DNA of 64,000 nucleotides, from the IMG/VR virus record IMGVR_UViG_3300047160_002873, positions 6,173 to 70,172 of that record. One strand, 5' to 3'. A program made the translations under genes and the position numbers. Below, in pieces: positions 53,114 through 62,411 of the stretch. Position 1 is the first letter of the stretch. The number at the start of each line of letters is the position of its first letter. Source of the stretch: a virus. The notes beneath the pieces were generated by a model that was not told the DNA's origin, searched no databases, and saw only the letters and a program-made list of their open reading frames with translations.

Positions 53114-55825
53114 ATGGCGCGCAACGCGGCGATTCTGGAAGATGTCGACTATTCGGATGTGACGCCCGGTGCGGAAAGCGACGGGGCATCTAGCTCAGAT
53201 GAGACCGATCGCAGAGCGCAGATACCCCTGTCGAAGAAGACCCCGCAGCAGCAATGGCGCATCCTCAAGGGCAACATTCAATCCGACCTCGAATATTCGC
53301 TGAAGTGGCGCAAGCAGGCGACCGATGACCTCGGGTTCGTCTCCGGCGACCAGTGGTCCGACGAGGACAAGCAGATACTGGATGAGCAGGGGCGACCACA
53401 CAACGTCTTCAACCGCATCGAGACCATCCTCCGCGCCATTGCCGGCATGGAGATCAACGGTCGGCACGAGATTAACTTCCTCCCACGAAACAATGATGAC
53501 ACGGCCAAGAACGAGCTGCTGACGGCGGTTTCGAAATGGATGGGTGATGGCTGCGATGCGGAGGATGAGCAATCAGAGGCATTCCAGCAGGCTCTTGGCA
53601 CTGGCTTGGGTGTTTCGGAAGCGCGCTATTCGTACGAGAACGAGGCCGAGGGCTCGTATATCGAAGAGCAAATCGACAGCAGAGAGTTCGTCTGGGATCG
53701 GACCGCACGCAAAAAGAACCTCCGGGATGCCCGACGCATGGGACGACTGCGGCGAATGCCGCTGATCGACGCCCTGCAGATGTTTCCCGGCAAGACGCGA
53801 CGGGACATAGACGCGCAGTGGGCCAACCAGAACTACCTTGACGAAGCGACACTCAAGTCGATCGAGGAGAAGCGCATCCGTGATGAAAACACGGCGCTGT
53901 GGGAGGACTACGACGACCGCAACGAAGTGACAGTGGTCGTGATCCAATGGAGGGAGAAGGAATCGTACTGGCGGGTCGCTGATATCGCCACCAATACGGT
54001 GAAGGAGTACGACAATGACCAGTACAAGATGATCTCTGCCCGCATGAACCAGATTGGCAGTAAGGTCGGGGCTATGGCCAGCCTTCACGCACGGCAGGCC
54101 TATCGGTGGCGCTACTATCAGGCGTTCCTCGGTGCCAATGCGCTGCTCGACAAGGTGCAGCCGGCGCCATGCGGCAACCAGTTCTCGTGGGGCGTCATCA
54201 CAGGCGCCTTCGATGCCAAAAAGAGGCAGTGGTATGGCCTCGTGCGCGTGATGCGCGATCCGCAGCAATGGGCAAACAAGTTCCTGTCCCAGATCATGCA
54301 GATCATGAACAGCACCGCAAAGGGAGGCATTCTCGCCGAGGCTGACGCGTTCGACGATCAGCGGCAGGCGGAAGAGACCTATGCGATGCCGGAGGCGATC
54401 ACATGGATGACGCCCGGCTCGCTATCCGGACAGAAGCCAAAGGTGATACCGAAGCCCGGACAGGGCGACGCTAGCGCCTACGTCAATCTGCTGACCTATG
54501 CTGTCCAGTCGATTACCGCGGTGACTGGCATCAATCTCGAACTGCTCGGGCAGCAGGACAAGGACCAGCCGGGCATCGTTGAGCACATGCGCAAGCAGGC
54601 CGGCATGACAGTGCTGGCGACGATGTTCGACAGCCTGCGTGGCTTCCTCAAGATGATCGGCCGCAAGAGGCTCTACTTCATCCAGACGCGTATCCCGGAC
54701 GGCACGATGGTTCGCGTGGCGGGCGGCGAATATGCGCAGGTGGTGCAGGTCACCAAGGACAAGACGACGGGCAACTACGACGTGGTTGTCGACGACGCCC
54801 CGACCAGCCCCAACATGAAGGAGGCCAACTGGGCTGTCATGCAGCCAATGCTGACAGCGTTCAAGGATCAGTTCCTGCAAGACCCGCAGCTGATGATCCT
54901 TGCGCTGGAATATTCGCCGCTCCCCTCGGCCTTTGTCGACGCCATGAAGAAGGCGATGGTCAAGTCCCAGATGGGCGATCCGGGTCAGCAGCAGTGGCAG
55001 GAGACGATGAAGCAGCTGGCAATTTCCAAACTCACCGCGGAGATCAACAAGGATCAGAGTATCGCGGAGATGAACAATGCAAAGGCCGGCGCAACTAACT
55101 CGACCGCCACGTACGATTTGGCAATGGCTCAAAATCTTCTGGCTAAGAATGATATCGAGGGATTCCAGCACCATATTCAGGCCATGTCCGAAGCCGCGAA
55201 AGCCGAGCTAAACAAGGCGAAGGCGGCGCAGACGATCGTCTCGACCCACAAGGACATGCAGCAGACCAACATCGATCACCAGCAGCACGTCAGCGATATG
55301 CTGACTGACGCGACCGATCGCGCCGCGACCCGGCATCAGGCGGCTGTCGACACCCATGGCGTGATGATCGATCACCACAAGGCGCTGACTGACCGCATCC
55401 AAGCCCACCTCACGGCGCGGCAGCAGCAGCTTGACATGATGAATATGCAGGCGGATCGGGACCACGAGGCTCAGCAGGGTCAGGCCGATCGCGAGCACGA
55501 AGCCCAGCAGGGACAGGCGGATCGGGATCAGCAGAACAACGAGATGGTCGGGGATCAGGCGCTGCAGGCGATCAAGATGGGCGGCGATCAGGGGCTGCAG
55601 GCTCAGGCGCAGGTCGGCGATCAGAGGCTCCGGTCGCAGGAGTTGAACCAGAACCGGGAGGCTGGGGCGGCCGATCGCGAGCTAAAGGCCGGCGACCAGC
55701 GACTGAAGGCGCAGCAGCTGCGGCAGACCGACGAGCATAACCGGCGCCAGAGCGAGATCGCTCGGTACACCGCGGTGACCGGCGCTCAGCAGGCGGCAGC
55801 GCGAGACTCGGAGAAGAAGAAGTGA
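53114..55825 (+). CDS. Portal protein (P22-like) with long C-terminal coiled-coil extension
   Basis: F.SGDQW, GRP...FNRI, YGLVR.MRDPQ...NK, G.YDV.VD..P.SP; follows terL. Confidence 0.9.
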   Translation: MARNAAILEDVDYSDVTPGAESDGASSSDETDRRAQIPLSKKTPQQQWRILKGNIQSDLEYSLKWRKQATDDLGFVSGDQWSDEDKQILDEQGRPHNVFNRIETILRAIAGMEINGRHEINFLPRNNDDTAKNELLTAVSKWMGDGCDAEDEQSEAFQQALGTGLGVSEARYSYENEAEGSYIEEQIDSREFVWDRTARKKNLRDARRMGRLRRMPLIDALQMFPGKTRRDIDAQWANQNYLDEATLKSIEEKRIRDENTALWEDYDDRNEVTVVVIQWREKESYWRVADIATNTVKEYDNDQYKMISARMNQIGSKVGAMASLHARQAYRWRYYQAFLGANALLDKVQPAPCGNQFSWGVITGAFDAKKRQWYGLVRVMRDPQQWANKFLSQIMQIMNSTAKGGILAEADAFDDQRQAEETYAMPEAITWMTPGSLSGQKPKVIPKPGQGDASAYVNLLTYAVQSITAVTGINLELLGQQDKDQPGIVEHMRKQAGMTVLATMFDSLRGFLKMIGRKRLYFIQTRIPDGTMVRVAGGEYAQVVQVTKDKTTGNYDVVVDDAPTSPNMKEANWAVMQPMLTAFKDQFLQDPQLMILALEYSPLPSAFVDAMKKAMVKSQMGDPGQQQWQETMKQLAISKLTAEINKDQSIAEMNNAKAGATNSTATYDLAMAQNLLAKNDIEGFQHHIQAMSEAAKAELNKAKAAQTIVSTHKDMQQTNIDHQQHVSDMLTDATDRAATRHQAAVDTHGVMIDHHKALTDRIQAHLTARQQQLDMMNMQADRDHEAQQGQADREHEAQQGQADRDQQNNEMVGDQALQAIKMGGDQGLQAQAQVGDQRLRSQELNQNREAGAADRELKAGDQRLKAQQLRQTDEHNRRQSEIARYTAVTGAQQAAARDSEKKK

Positions 55826-56196
55826 TACGCGAGCGGATGGCACTGTTGAGGCAGGCGCAGGAATACTTCCACGCGCTGCTCCTTGGCGTCGTTAACTGGG
55901 ATGATGTCAGGGTCGACAAAGCGGTCCCGATCCCCCCGGTTAAGGGGAACCGGGACCAAGGCAAGGAGCGGGACATTGTATCGGCCAGCTTCAACGGCTT
56001 CCGGATGGAGCTGCTTGGCCCGTTCGAGAACGAGCACTGGCCGCTCGGGTGTGTCAAGGTCAGCCGTGGTGGACATTCGTTCTCCGGACCGCTGGACGCA
56101 CTAACGTGGGTGTATGTCGCTAACTTTATTCGCGAGCACAAACCCGAGGGAGACGACGATGGCAGGATTGCAGGTGGAGAGGATTGGGGACGTTGA
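55822..56196 (+). CDS. Hypothetical protein
   Basis: GTGA-coupled ORF between portal and scaffold. Confidence 0.5.
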   Translation: MIRERMALLRQAQEYFHALLLGVVNWDDVRVDKAVPIPPVKGNRDQGKERDIVSASFNGFRMELLGPFENEHWPLGCVKVSRGGHSFSGPLDALTWVYVANFIREHKPEGDDDGRIAGGEDWGR

Positions 56197-57430
56197 CGAA
56201 GGCGAGCCGCCCGTCCCCTCCGAGGTCGATGAGTTTGGTTTGACGCCAGACGAGCGGGCTGCCTTCGACGGCATGAAGGACGCCGATAAAGGCCTCCCGG
56301 AGGCCCCTGAGGAGCCTGAGGAGGCGCCCGCGCCGGCCCCCGCCCCCGAGGAGCCCAAGCAGAAACTGGACGCACCACCGGCGCCGCCAAAGAAGGTGGA
56401 GGCCCCTGAGGAGGACGACGAGCCCGATCAGGTAACGCGCGACCCCCGCACGGGCAAAGAGCAGCGCACGATCTCCTACGGTAAGCACCAGCGGCTTTTG
56501 AAGAAGGCGCGGGAGGATGCGGAGGCGCTCCGGGCCCAAGCTGAGGAGGGGCGGATCAACCATGCCAAGCTCACGGAACGGCTGGCGATCCTGAATGATG
56601 CCCTGACAGCGCCTCCGCCACCGCCGCAGCTGACCCCGCAGGAGCAGGAACAGCAGCGCCGGCAGGAAGCCCTGCAGAACCCGATGCTGGAGGACACGAT
56701 CGATCCCTCGATCGATCTGGCCGGCTCGATCGCGCAGATGCAGCGCCGGCAAATATTCATGGCGCAAGCCAATATGTACCAGCAGGAGGCCACGCAGGAG
56801 CAGCTGGCTGACCAGCAGATGGTCCGGGACTTCACCCGGGACGCCGAGATGTTCTCGCGATCCGAGGAGGGTCAGCACTTTTTCGGCGATGCTGGCGCCT
56901 ACCAGTTCCTGAAGAACAGCCGGCTGTGCGAGCTTGCCTATCGCATGTTCCGCAAAGACCCCACCAATGTGAACGATAAGTTCACCCAGAAAGAGATCAA
57001 TCAGCTGGTGTCGTCCTATAACGAGGAGGAGCGAGACCTCGTTGGCGATGCCCTGCAGAACGGTGTAAGCCCGTCACAAACGATCATGTGGTACGCAAAA
57101 GGGCGCGGCTGGCGACCGCCGCAGCCCGCGGCTCCGCCACCCGCACCTCCTCCGGCCCCTGCGTCTGCACGCAAGTCGCCACTGGCGCCTCCGGCGGCTG
57201 TGCCTCCCCCACAACCCTCCAACAGCGCGGTGGCGAGGATACAGTCGGAGACAGCCGGCGCGGCAGCATCGCGCTCCCTGTCTGATGGTGGCGGTGTGCC
57301 GCCAGCCGAGCCGCTCTCGATCGAGCAGCTGCTCAAAATGGATGATGAAGAGTTCGGAGTGTATATTGATAACCTGCCTCCGCAGCGTCTGCAGTCGCTG
57401 ATGGGGCGAGACTTCCCGACGCGTCATTAG
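56159..57430 (+). CDS. Capsid scaffolding protein
   Basis: Acidic Pro-rich N-terminus, coiled coil, Y.KGRGW, C-terminal EQLLKMDDEEF helix; between portal and capsid. Confidence 0.75.
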   Translation: MAGLQVERIGDVDEGEPPVPSEVDEFGLTPDERAAFDGMKDADKGLPEAPEEPEEAPAPAPAPEEPKQKLDAPPAPPKKVEAPEEDDEPDQVTRDPRTGKEQRTISYGKHQRLLKKAREDAEALRAQAEEGRINHAKLTERLAILNDALTAPPPPPQLTPQEQEQQRRQEALQNPMLEDTIDPSIDLAGSIAQMQRRQIFMAQANMYQQEATQEQLADQQMVRDFTRDAEMFSRSEEGQHFFGDAGAYQFLKNSRLCELAYRMFRKDPTNVNDKFTQKEINQLVSSYNEEERDLVGDALQNGVSPSQTIMWYAKGRGWRPPQPAAPPPAPPPAPASARKSPLAPPAAVPPPQPSNSAVARIQSETAGAAASRSLSDGGGVPPAEPLSIEQLLKMDDEEFGVYIDNLPPQRLQSLMGRDFPTRH

Positions 57431-57441
57431 GAAAGACCGAC

Positions 57442-57681
57442 ATGAAGGCAATTTTCATCGCTTTATTTGGGGCCGGACTGTTAATTGCTGCGCCAGCGAA
57501 GGCGCAGGATCAACGGCCACCACCCGCGCCTGTTTCACCGGGCTTCACCACGGGTGATTGGGGGGTGTCACGCCGGGTAGAGCGGAGGGAGGCGCGCCGG
57601 GACTGGCGTCACCGCGACCGCTACAACCGATATCAGACCCGGCGGAATGATTTGAATCAGAGGTATCAACATCGCCAGTAG
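57442..57681 (+). CDS. Small secreted Arg-rich peptide
   Basis: Signal peptide ending AKA; Arg-rich mature part. Confidence 0.55.
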   Translation: MKAIFIALFGAGLLIAAPAKAQDQRPPPAPVSPGFTTGDWGVSRRVERREARRDWRHRDRYNRYQTRRNDLNQRYQHRQ

Positions 57682-57690
57682 GAGGCTCAA

Positions 57691-57933
57691 ATGAGCTGTT
57701 TAAGTCTCGGGTTTGTAGAGCAATTGCTGGTCTGGCTGATTATCGTCGTCGCGGTCGTCGCAGTGATCAAGCTGCTTATTCCATTCCTAGACGGCCTCAC
57801 AGGCTTTCCCATTGTCGGGCAGATCATCTCCATCCTGCTCTGGGCGATAGTGGCGATCATGATCCTCTATGTGATCTTTGGCCTGCTCAGCTGCTTGGTA
57901 GGTTCCGGGCCCGGCTTGCACCTGCCCCGGTGA
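57691..57933 (+). CDS. Small two-TM membrane protein (holin candidate)
   Basis: Two long hydrophobic helices; AGGAGG RBS. Confidence 0.65.
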   Translation: MSCLSLGFVEQLLVWLIIVVAVVAVIKLLIPFLDGLTGFPIVGQIISILLWAIVAIMILYVIFGLLSCLVGSGPGLHLPR

Positions 57934-57945
57934 TGGAGGCGTGTC

Positions 57946-58068
57946 ATGGCCGCACGGATAGCCATTGCGATCCTGCTTTCGCTTTTGATCTTCCTTCCCA
58001 TTCTGAAAGGCCGGTCGGGGTATTTTAGCCACGACCTGACCTTTTACAGCCAGAACGACTATCCGTGA
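57946..58068 (+). CDS. 40 aa single-TM peptide
   Basis: MAARIAIAILLSLLIFLPILKGRSGYFSHDLTFYSQNDYP; GGAGG RBS. Confidence 0.5.
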   Translation: MAARIAIAILLSLLIFLPILKGRSGYFSHDLTFYSQNDYP

Positions 58069-58267
58069 TGCTGGCTTGCATCCGAAAGCCCATTGAGATA
58101 AAAAGGTCACACGCCTCGGGGATCGGCGCTTAAATTTCCCCCACCTCTAGGGCTACCGGTCAAGCCCTCCCGCCCAGCAGGGGGCGTTTAAGCAATCTGC
58201 ACCCACGCATATCGCAGCATGTGCCACGGCGCCGCTATGGCGCCGGGCGCGACCGCAGGGGTGCCCC

Positions 58268-59380
58268 ATGGCGACCACTTCCTATCCCGTCAACGACGCT
58301 ATGGCCGTCAAGCTATGGTCGCGCGTCCTTGATTACGAAGCGCTGAAATATACGGCGATTGCGCCGCTGATCGGCGATGACGAGAACTCCATCATCCACA
58401 TGCAGGATGCGCTGTCGAAGGGCCCGGGTGACGCAATCACCTATGCGATCGTCATGCAGCTTGCACAGGCTGGCTTTTCCGAGAACCAGCTGGCGGAAGG
58501 CAACGGTGAGGCGCTGACGACCTACAGCGATCAGCTTGTGATCAATGAGCTGATGGCGGTGGCCGGCGTCAAATCGAGGCGCACGATCGACCAGCAACGC
58601 GTCCCGTGGGACTTGCGGAACACGGCGAAGGGGCGGCTGGGTGACTGGTACGCCAAACGCTATTCGGTGGCGTTCTTCAATCAGGTCTGTGGCTATTCGG
58701 TGCAGACCGACGTGCGCTACACCGGTCTCAATCCGGTGACGGCTCCATCTACCGGCCGCATTATCCGGCAGTCGAACCGGGCCTCAGATGATCTTCTGGT
58801 GGCTGGCGACACCTTCACCCTCGACATGATCGACAAGGCAAAGGAAGCGGCAATCACCGCTACGCCGATGATTCGTCCGATCAGGATCAAGGGCAACTCG
58901 CCGCGCAGCAACGGGCGCAGCGACTACAACAACACGCTGGAGGATATGTATTGCGCGTACCTCCATCCCTATCAAGTCACGGCCATGCGCCGCAACACCT
59001 CGACCGGTCAATTCATCGATCTGCAGAAGGCGGCCTCGATGGGCCGGCAGGACACCGGCAACCGCATCTTCTCCGGTGCGATCGGCGTCTACAACGCAAC
59101 CATCATGCGCTCGGCATTCGACGTGACGGATGGCGTCTCTGCAGCTGGCGCCGATGTGCCGACTGTGAGGCGAGCCATCTTCCTCGGAGGACAGGCTGCG
59201 ATGATGGGCTTCGGACGGGACAACGGACCGTCGAAGCTGACATGGAATGAGGAACTGTTTGACCACAAGCGGCGCCTCGAAATTTCGGCACTGACGATCC
59301 ACGGGCTGAAGAAGACGCGCTACAATAACATCGACTATGGCACTATCGTCATGTCGACCTACGCGCAGCCTGCGACCTGA
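58268..59380 (+). CDS. Major capsid protein (N4-gp56/DUF4043-like)
   Basis: AVKLWS, LSKGPGD.IT, AEGN.E.L....DQL.IN, DLR..AK..L.DW, GAIG.YN, RAIFLG.QA, G.KKTR...D.G.I. Confidence 0.9.
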   Translation: MATTSYPVNDAMAVKLWSRVLDYEALKYTAIAPLIGDDENSIIHMQDALSKGPGDAITYAIVMQLAQAGFSENQLAEGNGEALTTYSDQLVINELMAVAGVKSRRTIDQQRVPWDLRNTAKGRLGDWYAKRYSVAFFNQVCGYSVQTDVRYTGLNPVTAPSTGRIIRQSNRASDDLLVAGDTFTLDMIDKAKEAAITATPMIRPIRIKGNSPRSNGRSDYNNTLEDMYCAYLHPYQVTAMRRNTSTGQFIDLQKAASMGRQDTGNRIFSGAIGVYNATIMRSAFDVTDGVSAAGADVPTVRRAIFLGGQAAMMGFGRDNGPSKLTWNEELFDHKRRLEISALTIHGLKKTRYNNIDYGTIVMSTYAQPAT

Positions 59381-59392
59381 GGAGGATGTAAC

Positions 59393-59812
59393 ATGCCCAC
59401 TGGTGTTCTCGGCACGGCTGCCCGGCAAGACCCGCGGCAAGTCTCCAATACGCTGAAGAAGACGGTCAACTGGAACGATGCGGCGACGGGTGTCCCCGTT
59501 CCCTTTGCGAACTATCTGCCGCAGGGTGCCTTCATCCTCAACGTCTGGATCGAGGTGGTGGTCGCCTTCAACGGCACCACGCCCACGCTCACGGTCGGCA
59601 CCAATGCCGCGAGCTATAACAATATCGTGGCGGCTGGCGATGCGACATGGACGGGCACTGTCATTCCCGCCATCACCCAAGGCCGGGGACTCGGCCGGTC
59701 CCTTACCGCGGCGGGCGACGTGCTGCCCTATGCGGTATGGAACGCGACTGGTTCGCCGTCAGCAGGACAGGCCATCTTCGTCATCGAGTTCGAGGGCGGA
59801 TGGCAGTCGTAA
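59393..59812 (+). CDS. Capsid decoration/cement-like protein
   Basis: LP.GA.I......V..AFNG..PTLTVG...G.A...IEF fold directly after the capsid gene. Confidence 0.65.
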   Translation: MPTGVLGTAARQDPRQVSNTLKKTVNWNDAATGVPVPFANYLPQGAFILNVWIEVVVAFNGTTPTLTVGTNAASYNNIVAAGDATWTGTVIPAITQGRGLGRSLTAAGDVLPYAVWNATGSPSAGQAIFVIEFEGGWQS

Positions 59813-59829
59813 CCTCCCTAGACTTGGGC

Positions 59830-59859
59830 CGGGCGGCCGACCCCGCCCGACCTCTTTTT
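59830..59859 (+). terminator. Rho-independent terminator after the capsid/decoration genes
   Basis: CGGGCGG/CCGCCCG stem followed by CTCTTTTT. Confidence 0.55.
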
Positions 59860-59873
59860 GCGAGGGTGAGACC

Positions 59874-60362
59874 ATGAAGCGCTTTCTAAACTCGGCGGCA
59901 TCCGGCGCGATCTTTGCGCTGGCAGCGCTGGCTACAGCGGCGATGGCACTCCAGATCGCCGGTCGCGATTCGGGGCAGAGCCGGAATATCTTCCAAGTCG
60001 GAATGGCGGCGATCTCGACCGACCTTGGTGTCACCGCGACACCTTCCGGCACGCAGGCCAACTCTTACCAGATCACCGCGGGCTTCACGCTCGTGACGAC
60101 GGTGGCGACGATCGGCGATGGTGTGAAGATGCCCTCGATCACGAATATCGGGGCTCCATCAAACCTTGATACTTCGCTCAATGTCATTGTCGTCAACAAC
60201 ACAGCCAACTCGATGAACGTCTTTCCGTTCTTGGCAACGGATGTCATTGTCAGCAATGGCACTGCAGCTGGTGCGGGGGCTGCACTGGCGGTGCCAGCAT
60301 TGAAGAATGCGGACTGCTGGTCCGCGACATCGACGGGTCGTTGGTATTGCACAGTCGGTTAG
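59874..60362 (+). CDS. Virion fibre-tip-like beta protein with signal peptide
   Basis: Start ATG 59874; leader MKRFLN...AMA; VTTVAT.GDGV.MP...V.NN.ANSM.VFP...W; 2 Cys. Confidence 0.65.
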   Translation: MKRFLNSAASGAIFALAALATAAMALQIAGRDSGQSRNIFQVGMAAISTDLGVTATPSGTQANSYQITAGFTLVTTVATIGDGVKMPSITNIGAPSNLDTSLNVIVVNNTANSMNVFPFLATDVIVSNGTAAGAGAALAVPALKNADCWSATSTGRWYCTVG

Positions 60363-60401
60363 CGCGGTTCGGCCGCGGTTACCGCGGAGGAGGCGCGAAC
60401 C

Positions 60402-61637
60402 ATGCGAACACTACTCACTGCTGCCCTTTTCTCCCTATTGTTGATCGGCGGGGCTCAGGCCCAGACTCCAGCCCCTCGGGTCGTCAACCCACCCTGCAAT
60501 GCTCCCTGCACGCAGCAGCAGCTACTGCAGGATGTTCAGAACCAATTCCCTGACAACACAGCCGGCGCCATCACGCCGGCCATCATGCGTACGTTCTTCA
60601 ACAACCAGCTTAACTCCATGATGGCGGCATCTCCGCTCGTGGCTGGCCAGCTGGTGTGCTGGAATGGCACGACCGGCCTGCCCGGTACCTGCTCTGGCGC
60701 AGTCAGCATTCCCCAAGGCGGCACTGGCGCAGTCTCGCAGGGTGGTGCGGCAATCAACATCTTCCCGACCGCGATCCGGGCGGGCGACATTGCCTACTGG
60801 AGCGGTGCCAACTGGGTCACGCTCACTGGCAACAACACTGGCACACAGCTATTGTCCGAGAACGCCTCGGGCGTGCCGTCATGGGTACCGGCGGTCAACT
60901 TCCCGGTCGCCACACGGGTCGGGGACATCATCTACTGGAGCGGGACGTCATGGGTCACCCTTGCGGGCAACAACGCCGGCAATGTGATCCTGTCGGAGAA
61001 TGCGTCTGGCGCTCCGACGTGGCTGGCTTCAGGCAATGCAGCATCGACGGTAGTGCTGCCGGCACCTACCCGGGCTGGCGACATGCCTTACTGGAACGGG
61101 ACGGCATGGACGACGATCGCCGGCAATAACACTGGCACGCAGTTCCTGTCACAGAATGGGTCTGGCGTGCCGGCGTGGGGCAATATTACTGCGGTGACAT
61201 CCGTCACCTGCGGCACTGGCCTGTCCGGCGGCACGATCACCGCGACTGGCACCTGTGCGGTCAATATCAGCAATTTCACCAACTCTTTGGCCGCTGATCA
61301 GCCGCTCAATGTCATCGGCAATTATTTCCCCGGCCCAAGCGTGGCACAAGGTACGACGGGGACATGGTGGGCCGCTGGAACGGTGACACTGAGCGACACG
61401 GCGGCGGCGACGTTTTACTGCAAGCTGTGGGATACCGGCGCCATCATCATGGCGAGCGGCGTCGCGCAGATCACGGCAGCAGGCAACACCACCATGAGTT
61501 TGGCCGGGTATGTTTCGTCTCCGGCGGGCAACATCACGATCAGCTGCCGGGATATCACGACTGCCAATGGCAATATACGGTTTAATATCAGCGGCAATTC
61601 CCGTGACAGCACGCTGAACGTGATGAGAATACAGTGA
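60402..61637 (+). CDS. Head/tail fibre protein with signal peptide and three GDxxYWxG repeats
   Basis: Leader ending AQA; FPDNTAGAITPA, SIPQGGTGA, repeats RAGDIAYWSG.NW..L.GNN.G...LS.N.SG.P.W, GTGLSGGTIT..GT; 8 Cys. Confidence 0.75.
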   Translation: MRTLLTAALFSLLLIGGAQAQTPAPRVVNPPCNAPCTQQQLLQDVQNQFPDNTAGAITPAIMRTFFNNQLNSMMAASPLVAGQLVCWNGTTGLPGTCSGAVSIPQGGTGAVSQGGAAINIFPTAIRAGDIAYWSGANWVTLTGNNTGTQLLSENASGVPSWVPAVNFPVATRVGDIIYWSGTSWVTLAGNNAGNVILSENASGAPTWLASGNAASTVVLPAPTRAGDMPYWNGTAWTTIAGNNTGTQFLSQNGSGVPAWGNITAVTSVTCGTGLSGGTITATGTCAVNISNFTNSLAADQPLNVIGNYFPGPSVAQGTTGTWWAAGTVTLSDTAAATFYCKLWDTGAIIMASGVAQITAAGNTTMSLAGYVSSPAGNITISCRDITTANGNIRFNISGNSRDSTLNVMRIQ

Positions 61638-62407
61638 TGACGCAACAACAACAGGGTGGCTTTGGTCCGGGCTTTAGTACCGGCTTTGAGGGTGGCGGCG
61701 CCGTCTACAGCCTCGGCGGGATGATCTTCCGAATCGCTGCGGAGCTAGGCTCGCGCTTCGATCTGGCGGGGCTTGCGGGCTCGGCCAACCAGTCGAGGCC
61801 CAATGCCGAGGCGATCCGCAACGCCATCAACACGGCGATCTCGATCTACCAGAAGCAGCGCTTTCGCTTCAACGAAATCGATCCATCAGCCCCGACCATG
61901 TTCCAGACTGTCGGCGGGCGCGCGACCTATAACAGCGATGACTGCCCGGCGATTGGGTCGATGTACTGGATCGACTACATCAACATCCAGATCGGCAACA
62001 CGCTGATGCAGCTGTCGCAGGTCAACCCGGAGCGGCAGCACCTGAACATTCAGCTGTTCACCCAGTTCGGCCTGCCCACGAGCTTCGCCTATGAAGGCAA
62101 TACGCTGATCCTCTATCCCGTGCCGGTCGCCGCCTACAATGTCTGGATCGGTGGCCATTTGCGGGTCGAGATGCCTCAGGACGATGGTGAGCTAAATAAC
62201 CCATGGATGCAGCCTGAGCAGGGCGAGCTACTGATCCGATCCCGCGCCAAGTACGAGATCGCGCTGCACGTCTTGCGCAACCCATCGATGGCGCAGGCAA
62301 TGTCACCGGACGAGCCCGGCGCCACATGGCGCGCGTTCAGGATACTGAAAGGCGAGGGCAACAAGATCACATCAACGCGCGGACGTGTCGTGCCAATGAA
62401 GTTCTAG
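61634..62407 (+). CDS. Head-tail adaptor/connector protein
   Basis: IRNAIN.AI..Y...RF.FNE, G.P..FA, L.LYPVP, N.W...GE.LIR..AK. Confidence 0.7.
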   Translation: MMTQQQQGGFGPGFSTGFEGGGAVYSLGGMIFRIAAELGSRFDLAGLAGSANQSRPNAEAIRNAINTAISIYQKQRFRFNEIDPSAPTMFQTVGGRATYNSDDCPAIGSMYWIDYINIQIGNTLMQLSQVNPERQHLNIQLFTQFGLPTSFAYEGNTLILYPVPVAAYNVWIGGHLRVEMPQDDGELNNPWMQPEQGELLIRSRAKYEIALHVLRNPSMAQAMSPDEPGATWRAFRILKGEGNKITSTRGRVVPMKF

Positions 62408-62411
62408 TGAG

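Noticed and set aside
59378-59395. Capsid TGA in frame with the decoration gene (readthrough fusion)
   Set aside because: The downstream gene has its own GGAGG RBS, and in-frame spacing occurs one time in three by chance.
59478-59873. Long open frame upstream of the 59874 gene suggesting a frameshift fusion
   Set aside because: No slippery site is seen, the frame crosses a terminator, and open off-frames are common at this GC content.
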